A DNA stretch of 24,000 nt from Bradyrhizobium frederickii (GTDB taxonomy: Bacteria; Pseudomonadota; Alphaproteobacteria; Rhizobiales; Xanthobacteraceae), in NCBI RefSeq assembly GCF_004570865.1, contig NZ_SPQS01000041.1:1-24000 (forward strand), written 5' to 3'. Positions 1-7,014 of the stretch are shown here, piece by piece (the first letter of the stretch is position 1; every line of letters begins with the position of its first letter). Made by a program: the position numbers and the translations under genes. The notes below the pieces were generated by a model. That model did no database searches. It worked only from the letters and a program-made list of their open reading frames with translations, and was not told the DNA's origin.

Positions 1-129
1 GTCTTCGAGGAACCGCCAGTCGATCGAGCCCGACAGTCTGACCAGCGCATGGTCCGGATCGACGATTTGATCGAGCCTCGCCTTGAACAGATCGTTCTGT
101 CCGCTCTCCCGCCGCGCCTTCGGCCGCAT
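1..129 (-). mobile_element. IS5-family transposase gene, first 43 codons (continues past the left edge)
   Basis: The minus-strand ATG at 129..127 reads MRPKARRESGQNDLFKARLDQIVDPDHALVRLSGSIDWRFLED. This matches the conserved N-terminal block I recognise from IS5-group transposases (MRP..R..GQ.DLF..RLDQI.D..H.LV.L...IDW.FLE). The family call is from memory. Confidence 0.6.
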
Positions 130-364
130 TGCAATTGCCCGTCGTTGATTAGCCCGCCGCGACAGAATCACAGCGATCGCCCAAGAGCAATTTGCAAGAA
201 ACTGCGGGCTCACCCGCCGAAATCCTGCGAACAGAACCATGTCTGTTCGCCAAAAATCGATTCTCTCTCAACGGCTTGCGTGTTCTTCACAACCGACTCC
301 CTCTGGTCCCCTGTCGCATTCGAGCGGGTTCGGGTCGCGGAGCCCTCCACATCATAGCCGCTGA

Positions 365-451
365 AAACAGCCGCCCACCATCAAAGGCGGCTGTGATCGT
401 CTTGCGCCTGACCGCTGGAAACAGGAAGGGCAGAATCGTATCGTCGACCAT
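365..451 (-). pseudogene. IS1380-like transposase N-terminal remnant (about 28 codons)
   Basis: The minus-strand ATG at 451 reads MVDDTILPFLFPAVRRKTITAAFDGGRL, after which similarity is lost. LPF.FPAV..K.TAAFDGGR..SDGG is the N-terminus I associate with rhizobial IS1380-family transposases. The remnant was probably truncated by the adjacent IS5-like insertion. Confidence 0.35.
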
Positions 452-575
452 GGCCGGTGTGGTTGCCTCGATGATGTCAGCGCAGAATTGGTCTCAGCAA
501 CCGAATCCCACGTCCCATCAGCGGCTTACACCACACTCGCTAGCCACCCACAGGCCCTTCATGAATAAAGACGGG

Positions 576-1658
576 CTAGATACGGCCGAAAGCCGCCCAC
601 ACCCCGTTTTCGCCGTCCCAGCTGCCGCGGCTCGCCGCCTTGGAGTACTCCGTGGCGCGCTGCTCGAAGAAATTGGCGTGCTCGACGCCATTGAGAATCT
701 CGACGAGCCACGGCAGCGGATGCGCCTTGAGCTGTGTGAACCCGCCCTCCTTCGCCTCGAAGAAGCCGAAGACCGGGGCAATCCGGAGCTGGGTCAGTCG
801 CCAGTCGGCGACGTAGCGGACGTAGGCGTGGATGTGCTCAGGCAGCATGCCCTCGATCTTGCCAAGGCCGAAGGCGAGCTCGACGAAGTTCTCCTCCAGG
901 TTCACCATGGTCTTGGCGACGTCGACAATGTCGTCGCGGACGGAGCGCGTCACCGCGCCGGTTTCGCGGTGCCATTCGTGAAATAACTTGATGATGCCCT
1001 CGCAGTGGAGACTCTCGTCGCGCACTGACCAGCTTACGATCTGTCCCATGCCGTTCATCTTGTTGTGGCGCGGGAAGTTGAGCAGCATGGCGAAGCTCGC
1101 GAACAAGGCCATGCCTTCGGTGAAGGCTCCGAACATCGCCAGGGTGCGGGCGACATCGGCCACGGTGTCGACGCCGAATTCGTGCATGTAGTCCGCCTTG
1201 GCGCGCATCTGCGCATAGCCGCGGAATGCCTCAAACTCGGTCTTGGGCATACCAAGCGTCTTGAGCAGCAGCGCATAGGCGTCGATATGAACCGTCTCCA
1301 TATTGGTGAAAGCGGCCATCATCATCTGGACGGTGAGCGGCTGGAAGATCGGGATGTAGCGCTTGAGATAGTTGTCGCCGACCTCGATGTCCGACTGAGT
1401 GAAAAAACGGAAGATCTGGGTAAGCAGCGCACGCTCGTTGGCGGTGACGCGGTCCGACGCCCAGTCCTTGAGGTCGGTGCCGAGCGGTACCTCTTCGCCC
1501 ATCCAGTGGGTCTGCTGCTGGCGCTTCCAGAACTCGTAAGCCCAGGCGTAGCGATCGACGTCATAGCTGCCGGTCGAATCAAGGAGGCCGACGCGCCCCT
1601 TGCCGATCAGCGTGCGCGGATCGACGGACGACAGATCGATCATTGACATGCGAGGCAC
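576..1658 (-). CDS. nrdB: Ribonucleotide reductase class I small (beta, R2) subunit
   Basis: 360-aa ORF with ferritin-like di-iron motifs. FTNMETVHIDAY has E-x2-H with Tyr four residues after the His, which is the radical-Tyr spacing of class Ia R2. VRDESLHCEG supplies the second E-x2-H. The start is ambiguous: GTG 1658, ATG 1649, or ATG 1643. The ATG at 1643 forms an ATGA overlap with the nrdA stop. Confidence 0.95.
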   Translation of the reverse strand: MPRMSMIDLSSVDPRTLIGKGRVGLLDSTGSYDVDRYAWAYEFWKRQQQTHWMGEEVPLGTDLKDWASDRVTANERALLTQIFRFFTQSDIEVGDNYLKRYIPIFQPLTVQMMMAAFTNMETVHIDAYALLLKTLGMPKTEFEAFRGYAQMRAKADYMHEFGVDTVADVARTLAMFGAFTEGMALFASFAMLLNFPRHNKMNGMGQIVSWSVRDESLHCEGIIKLFHEWHRETGAVTRSVRDDIVDVAKTMVNLEENFVELAFGLGKIEGMLPEHIHAYVRYVADWRLTQLRIAPVFGFFEAKEGGFTQLKAHPLPWLVEILNGVEHANFFEQRATEYSKAASRGSWDGENGVWAAFGRI

Positions 1659-3577
1659 TCCTCATAGTCGGTGCGCTGCGGCGCCGGCGTTGCCGTGTCA
1701 TCCTCGGCAATCTTGCCGGCGAACGCCGCGCGCGAGATCGATTTTGAACGGCAGTAGTAGAGGCTCTTCACCCCACGCTTCCATGCCGTCCAGTGCAGCA
1801 TGTGGAGGTCCCACTTATCGACGTCGGCCGGCAGATAGAGGTTGATCGACTGGCTCTGGCAAATGAATGGGGCGCGATCGGCGGCAAGCTCGACGATCCA
1901 GCGCTGGTCGACCTCAAAGGCGGTGCGAAGGATCGCTTTCTCGTGCTCCGACAGGATGTCGAGATGGGCGACCGACCCCTCGTGCGCGATGATCGACTGC
2001 CAGGTCGCCGAGGTGTCGGCGCCCTTGGCGGCCAGCACCTTGGCGAGATGCGGATTACGCACCGAGATGGCGCCGGATAGCGTCTTGTGGGTGTAGATGT
2101 TGGCCGGGATTGGCTCGGTGCAGGCGCTGGTGCCGCCGCAGATGATGCTTATCGAGGCGGTCGGCGCGATCGCTATCTTGTGGCTGAAGCGCGCCATCAC
2201 GCCGCGTTCCAGGGCATCCGGGCACGGGCCACGCTCGCGAGCGAGCGCCACGGATGCCGCGTCGGCATCGCGACGGATTTTTCGGAACATGTTCAGATTG
2301 AACGACTTGGCCAGGACACTCTCCATCGGAATGCCCTTGGCCTGGAGAAACGAGTGGAAGCCCATGACGCCGAGGCCAACGGAGCGTTCGCGCAGGGCGG
2401 CGTAGCGGGCACGCTTCATGCCGTCCGGCGCCACTGTGATGAAGTGGGTGAGCACGTTGTCGAGGAGGCGCATGACGTCCTCGATGAAGCCGGGCTCCTT
2501 ATTCCACTGGTCCCAGGTCTCGAGGTTGAGCGACGACAGGCAGCACACCGCGGTGCGCTCCTCGTCGCGATGATCGATGCCGGTCGGCAGCGTAATCTCG
2601 CTGCACAGGTTGGAGGTCGAGACCTTGAGGCCGAGCTCGCGCTGGTGCTTGGGGAGCGCGCGGTTCACGGTGTCGATGAACAAGAGATAAGGCTCGCCCG
2701 TCTGCAGCCGGTTCTCAAGGATACGTTGCCACAGCTGGCGGGCATCGATCTCGCGGACGACCTCGTTAGTCTTCGGGCTGCGCAGAGCGAACGTGGTGCC
2801 GGCACCCACGGCACGCATGAACTCGTCGGTGACGTTGATGCCGTGATGTAGGTTGAGGCTCTTGCGGTTGAAGTCGCCGGACGCCTTGCGGATCTCGAGG
2901 AACTCCTCGATCTCGGGATGGTGGATATCGAGATAGACCGCCGCCGAGCCGCGCCGCAACGAGCCCTGGCTGATCGCCAGCGTCAGGCCGTCCATGACGT
3001 GGATGAACGGGATGATGCCCGAGGTGACGCCGCCCCTCACTTTCTCGCCGATCGAGCGAACATTCCCCCAGTAGGTGCCGATGCCGCCGCCGTTGGAGGC
3101 AAGCCAGACGTTCTCGTTCCAGGTGCCGACGATGCCTTCGAGCGAGTCCGACACCGAGTTAAGGAAGCACGAGATCGGCAGGCCGCGCGGGGTGCCGCCG
3201 TTGGAGAGCACCGGTGTGGCCGGCATGAACCACAGTCGAGACATCCCATCATACAGACGTTGGGCATGCGCAACATCGTCCGCGAAGGCGCAAGACACCC
3301 GGGCGAACATGTCCTGGAGGCTTTCGCCGGCGAGCAGATAACGGTCGGTCAGCGTCAGCTTGCCGAACGACGTCAGCAGGTTGTCGCGCGACCGATCGAG
3401 CGTGAGGTCAGACGGCCTTGGCGATGGCGCGAGGGGCCTTGGCAGCGGAGCCGGCGATGGCGGCGGCTGCACAAGACACAGCTCAGGCGTGGTAGGCTTG
3501 GCCTGCGCTGGGAGCGGCCGCACACTCGGCATCTCGATGAGATGACCATGCTGATCGAAATCGTAAGACGGCGACAT
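1640..3577 (-). CDS. nrdA: Ribonucleotide reductase class I large (alpha, R1) subunit, no ATP-cone, Pro-rich N-terminal extension
   Basis: The ORF is open to 3640. I prefer the ATG at 3577 (MSPSYDFDQHG...) because 3578-3700 looks like the riboswitch expression platform. Core motifs are STSNLCSEITLP (the N-x-C-x-E active-site loop), IAPTASISIICGG, and the C-terminal redox Cys pair ECLACQ. There is no VxKRDG-type ATP-cone. Residues about 20-80 are Pro/Ala/Ser-rich. Confidence 0.93.
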   Translation of the reverse strand: MSPSYDFDQHGHLIEMPSVRPLPAQAKPTTPELCLVQPPPSPAPLPRPLAPSPRPSDLTLDRSRDNLLTSFGKLTLTDRYLLAGESLQDMFARVSCAFADDVAHAQRLYDGMSRLWFMPATPVLSNGGTPRGLPISCFLNSVSDSLEGIVGTWNENVWLASNGGGIGTYWGNVRSIGEKVRGGVTSGIIPFIHVMDGLTLAISQGSLRRGSAAVYLDIHHPEIEEFLEIRKASGDFNRKSLNLHHGINVTDEFMRAVGAGTTFALRSPKTNEVVREIDARQLWQRILENRLQTGEPYLLFIDTVNRALPKHQRELGLKVSTSNLCSEITLPTGIDHRDEERTAVCCLSSLNLETWDQWNKEPGFIEDVMRLLDNVLTHFITVAPDGMKRARYAALRERSVGLGVMGFHSFLQAKGIPMESVLAKSFNLNMFRKIRRDADAASVALARERGPCPDALERGVMARFSHKIAIAPTASISIICGGTSACTEPIPANIYTHKTLSGAISVRNPHLAKVLAAKGADTSATWQSIIAHEGSVAHLDILSEHEKAILRTAFEVDQRWIVELAADRAPFICQSQSINLYLPADVDKWDLHMLHWTAWKRGVKSLYYCRSKSISRAAFAGKIAEDDTATPAPQRTDYEECLACQ

Positions 3578-3694
3578 CGGCAACCCCGCGATGTTTGAGG
3601 CTGGGGGGCCGTGCGGACGACTTGCGAGGAGACCGGGCAAATATCACCAGTTGCAAGCAACCCACCGGGGCACCCCGCCCGAGGACGTTCGTTC

Positions 3695-3880
3695 TGTCGC
3701 GGCAGGTCTCCTGGCTCGCGGGTCGCTGCGGCTGTCGGCCTTCCCAGCGCTGTCGCGCCAGTGACCATGATGACAACCGCTCGCCGCTTACAGTTGCGGG
3801 GGCAGCCTCGGAATAGCCGTTGCCGGCGCACCGGGTTCCCTCTTAGCTTCCATCCTACGAGATGCGGGAATGGAAGACCG
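3695..3880 (-). ncRNA. Cobalamin (B12) riboswitch in the nrdAB leader
   Basis: The minus-strand RNA carries all the conserved blocks. These are AAGAGGGAACCCGGUG (about 3830-3845), GGCUGCCCCCGCAACUGUAAGCGG, GUCACUGG...CUGGGAAGGC, and the B12 box AGCCAGGAGACCUGCC (plus-strand 3701-3716). A downstream GGUCUCC (plus coordinates 3628-3634) is complementary to GGAGACC in the B12 box, so alternative pairing is possible in the expression platform. Confidence 0.9.
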
Positions 3881-3917
3881 TGACGGGCTACATATAGGCG
3901 CCGCTCGCGGAGATTCG

Positions 3918-4141
3918 TCAAGGCGGCACCGTCAAGTTAACGAATTGGAGCAGCCCCAAGGTCGAGGTTCGGCGAGCGCTTGTCGTGGAGATCTCGCGCC
4001 AAGTCGCAAAGGCTCGCTCGCGCGAACCACGACGGAAGTCGGCAGTGACGGCTCCGAGAGAGAGGATGTGGAAAAGGTTCGCGACCTGATCATGAACTGA
4101 CAGAAAAGTTGAGCCTGACGGGACGATTTGAAACGCTTCAT
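3918..4141 (-). pseudogene. IS6-family transposase C-terminal remnant (frame broken)
   Basis: The minus strand reads MKRFKSSRQAQL. After a frame slip in a T-run near 4105 it reads FLSVHDQVANLFHILSLGAVTADFRRGSRERAFATWREIS..., stopping at 3918. This matches the C-terminal pattern I recall for IS6-family transposases (RFKS..QAQRFLS.H....N.F......TA...R..R..AF..W..I). No upstream catalytic part is present. Confidence 0.5.
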
Positions 4142-4527
4142 GATCCGATCGCGTCGCCTGTCACCCTTCCGGCGTTCGTGGTCTGGACTATCCCTTCACC
4201 CGGCGATGTCCGCTGTAGGTGCTTCCCGTCGAGTCTCTACTCCTCCCCCCTGGCAGGGGCTTGGCTCGGGATTGGCAATGAAGGTTTCCGCGACTTTGAG
4301 CAGTTCTGCTCCTCTTTCCCCAAGGGCCCCGCATCGGCCCATCTATACGGCGCATACGACCTCGGGGCAAAAGGACTAGAGTCTGTTCCGCTCACGGATT
4401 GAGCAGCCGAGCGTCAGGGCGTGTACTGTTGCCCGCCAGCATTTGATGCTAGTGAACAGCGGTTAATAAATCACTGAAAGTGCATTGCATGCCTTGGCGA
4501 GCAATGGAGTGCGAAGATCTTCCATCT

Positions 4528-4554
4528 GTGAACGCGATCGTAGATCGCGTTCAC
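4528..4554. repeat. Perfect 27-bp palindrome (12-bp arms, 3-nt spacer)
   Basis: GTGAACGCGATC gta GATCGCGTTCAC, read directly from the sequence. It lies in non-coding IS debris. Confidence 0.9.
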
Positions 4555-4605
4555 CTCAATTACCCTGAGGATGAGGCCGTATTCTCTGAGCTGGTCCCGC
4601 AAATC

Positions 4606-4799
4606 TGAACAGCGCGATAAGTGGAGTTTCTGCCTGACGGCGGGCAAGATTGACCCGCGAATCAGGAGAGACGATGAGCAGACGAGCACGGCGGAACCAC
4701 ACTCCGGCTTTCAAGGCGAAGGTGGCACTTGCCACACCGAAGGGGCTTGAAGCTTACGCAGCGTCAGGTTGTATATTGGCCAACCTTCGTGATGTCTAA
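4606..4799 (+). mobile_element. IS3-family element left end with truncated orfA (41 codons)
   Basis: TGAACAGCGCGATAAGTGG at 4606 is a TG-initiated putative terminal inverted repeat. An AGGAGAG Shine-Dalgarno lies at 4663-4669, followed by the ATG at 4674. The ORF reads MSRRARRNHTPAFKAKVALATPKG..., the typical IS3 OrfA N-terminus (MSRR.RRNH.P.FKAKVA), then diverges and stops at 4797-4799. No orfB follows. A second TGAACAGCG copy lies at 4453. Confidence 0.55.
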
Positions 4800-5060
4800 G
4801 GGAGCAAAACGGCCGGGAATGGTAACCAGCGCTGGTGATGGACGACGAGACGCACCGCATATGATGCTCAGCTGCGCCACCGAGTTCGGTCCGCTGATCG
4901 TCTTCCATGCTGTGAATGCGAAATTCCAGTTGATGGCGGAGGCTCAATTCTCAGGGTGGGAGCAAGGGGTATCGCGGAGAAAGACTGCACCGCACCTACC
5001 TGGATTGGTGGCCGCCGAATCCAACCGTTGGTCTATGCTGGTCCTTCAGGACTTGCAGAT

Positions 5061-5080
5061 TTAGGAGAGATTAGGAGAGA
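5061..5080 (+). repeat. Perfect tandem duplication TTAGGAGAGA x2 upstream of pmoC
   Basis: Read directly from the sequence. It lies about 140 nt upstream of the pmoC start. Confidence 0.9.
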
Positions 5081-5217
5081 CGAGAATGGCCGCCTCAAGG
5101 AGGTAACCAGAAAGCTGGGAGCTTGAAGACAGATCATATCCTTTCGGTCAACGATCGGAGTGAGCATCACCCTCGTAGACAACATCACACCTTAGGCAAT
5201 CTCCAGGAGGAGACAAG

Positions 5218-6009
5218 ATGTCGATCACGATAACTCATAGCGCCAAGTCTGCCGCTGAGGACCGTACTCAGCCGTTGGGGAATTTCAAACTTGCAGCAGG
5301 AGTCACTCTGGCGGTGCTAGCGCTGATGGTGTTCTGGCGCATCTTTCAGCAGGTCTATGCTTGGAGTGCCGGCCTGGATTCGACTGAGCCCGCGTTCGAT
5401 GCCGCCTGGATGACGTTGCTGAAGGTTGAGCTTAGCGTCATCCCTTTGCTCTGGGTGGTGACCTGGGCGTATCTATGGTTCACGCGAGACCGCAATCTTG
5501 GCGCGCTCAAACCGCGGGAAGAGCTCCGGCGCTACTTCAATCTGGTCCTGTTCAACTTCGTCTATGCCTTTTGCGTCTGGTTCGCTACCAGCTTCTTTGC
5601 CGAGCAGGACGCCTCATGGCATCAGGTTGTGGTCCGGGATACAAGCTTCACGCCAAGTCACATCGTGCTGTTCTACGGCACCATGCCACTCTACGTGCTG
5701 TTTGGCGTGGGATCATTTCTGTACGCGATGACGAGGCTGCCGAAGTTCGCAACGCAGATCTCAATTCCATTCGTGCTCGCGGTTGTAGGTCCGTTTCTAA
5801 TATTGCCGAACTTGGGCTACAACGAGTGGGGTCATGCCTTCTTCCTGATGGAAGAGGTGTTCTCCTATCCCTTGCACTGGGGTTTTGTCGTGATGGGCTG
5901 GAGTGTGCTGGCCTTGGGTGGGCTCCTGATCCAGATCGCGATGCACATGCTTGAAGTGATCGGGCGGCTTTCTCAAGAGGACCAAGCTTCGGTCGCCACC
6001 CAGCGCTGA
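5218..6009 (+). CDS. pmoC: Copper membrane monooxygenase subunit C (PmoC/AmoC family)
   Basis: An AGGAGGAG Shine-Dalgarno precedes the ATG at 5218. The protein is polytopic. Hallmark blocks are EQDASWHQVVVRDTSFTPSHIVLFY and YNEWGHAFFLMEEVFSYPLHWGF. Metal ligands D131/H135/H148 and N202/H206/H220 have exactly the spacing of the M. capsulatus PmoC ligands. Confidence 0.95.
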   Translation: MSITITHSAKSAAEDRTQPLGNFKLAAGVTLAVLALMVFWRIFQQVYAWSAGLDSTEPAFDAAWMTLLKVELSVIPLLWVVTWAYLWFTRDRNLGALKPREELRRYFNLVLFNFVYAFCVWFATSFFAEQDASWHQVVVRDTSFTPSHIVLFYGTMPLYVLFGVGSFLYAMTRLPKFATQISIPFVLAVVGPFLILPNLGYNEWGHAFFLMEEVFSYPLHWGFVVMGWSVLALGGLLIQIAMHMLEVIGRLSQEDQASVATQR

Positions 6010-6129
6010 AACCGCTTATGAACCATTAATCGCGGACAGCCCGGCATGCAAAGCTGCCGTCTTGTAATCAGTCGGGCGTCGGCTTCCAGGAAGGTCGATC
6101 TCAACTCGGTAAAGAATTAGGAGGAAGCC

Positions 6130-6987
6130 ATGCAAGGAGGAACGTCTGTGAGACTGTATGGCCTCGAATGGCCTAAAGAGTCAGCAAGAATCTCAAGAGT
6201 GTTTGACCTTCTCGTCGCCGCTATCCTTTTTCTGGCCGTCTCCGGCGCATTCCACCTGCATTACATGCTGACCGCAGGGGACTGGGATATGTGGATCGAT
6301 TGGAAAGACAGACAGTGGTGGGTCACCCTGACTCCAATTATGGCCATAACATTCCCTGCAGCTTTGCAGTATGTGTTTTGGACGAAATTTAGACTTCCAA
6401 TCGCCGCTACATTTGCGGTCGTTTGTCTTCTGTTCGGTCAGTGGATAAATCGATATTTCGGTTTCCACCTGTGGTCGTACTTTCCGATGAGCGAGGTCAT
6501 TCCAGCGCTGCTGATACCTGGCGCACTAGTCCTCGATGTCGCTCTTTTGCTGACCGGGAATTTTCTGTTCACGGCGATGTCCGGCGCCTTTGCATTCGCA
6601 CTGCTTTTCTACCCGACTAACTGGTTTTGGCTGGCGCCATATCGGCTACCCGTAGAAGTGATGGGGCAGCTTGTTTCCGTGGGCGATTACATCAGCTATG
6701 CATTCACCCGCACCGCGCTGCCTGAGTATATCCGGCTGATAGAGCGGGGCACGCTTCGAACTTTTGGTGGCCACTCAGCCATTATCGCGTCCTTTTTCTC
6801 GGCGTTCGTATCCATACTGATGTATTTGGCGTGGTGGCATATCGGAATGCTCCTCGCTCGTGTGGTAACGACGCCAAACGCCCTGAAGCATTTCATGGGG
6901 CTCACCGATAAGGATGAGCCAGCTGAGGCAGCCCAAAAAGCGATAGACGGTACCAGCCTGCAAGGGCGCTCCGTCGCAGCCGAATGA
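6130..6987 (+). CDS. pmoA: Copper membrane monooxygenase subunit A (PmoA/AmoA family)
   Basis: A TAGGAGGA Shine-Dalgarno precedes the ATG at 6130. Hallmark blocks are HLHYMLTAGDWDMWIDWKDRQWW, GQWINRYFGFHLWSYFP and TALPEYIRLIERGTLRTFGG. There is a C-terminal extension of about 35 aa compared with the PmoA sequences I remember. Confidence 0.95.
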   Translation: MQGGTSVRLYGLEWPKESARISRVFDLLVAAILFLAVSGAFHLHYMLTAGDWDMWIDWKDRQWWVTLTPIMAITFPAALQYVFWTKFRLPIAATFAVVCLLFGQWINRYFGFHLWSYFPMSEVIPALLIPGALVLDVALLLTGNFLFTAMSGAFAFALLFYPTNWFWLAPYRLPVEVMGQLVSVGDYISYAFTRTALPEYIRLIERGTLRTFGGHSAIIASFFSAFVSILMYLAWWHIGMLLARVVTTPNALKHFMGLTDKDEPAEAAQKAIDGTSLQGRSVAAE

Positions 6988-7014
6988 TTCTGCTGGGACT
7001 GTGGAGGACTCCAA

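Noticed and set aside
362-395. Hairpin CAGCCGCC...GGCGGCTG followed (on the minus strand) by TTTTC. I considered it as a rho-independent terminator for nrdB.
   Set aside because: It lies about 180 nt beyond the nrdB stop. The same bases encode the conserved ..TAAFDGGRL.. segment of the IS1380-like remnant, so the palindrome may be incidental. It was not called as a terminator.
192-986. 264-aa plus-strand ORF. Similar long ORFs occur at 1065-1646, 2087-2851 and 2918-3598, opposite nrdB and nrdA.
   Set aside because: These are antisense shadow ORFs, typical of high-GC DNA. Their compositions are Arg/Ala/Gly/Pro-rich and low in complexity. The opposite strand carries unmistakable RNR motifs.
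4109-4402. Overlapping 97-aa and 83-aa plus-strand ORFs (..PAFVVWTIPSPGDVRCRCFPSSLY..EGFRDFEQFCSSFP..). They vaguely recall short 'hypothetical proteins' that I have seen mis-called on dispersed alphaproteobacterial repeat elements.
   Set aside because: They have no Shine-Dalgarno or start context, and two frames are equally open. I cannot name the element or show a second copy in this window. The stretch is left unannotated.
5475-5954. 159-aa alternative-frame ORF inside pmoC. Similar internal ORFs occur in pmoA, pmoB and copD (for example 7614-7874 and 10426-10848).
   Set aside because: They overlap genes with strong family motifs. Their sequences are Arg/Ala/Ser-rich and uninformative.
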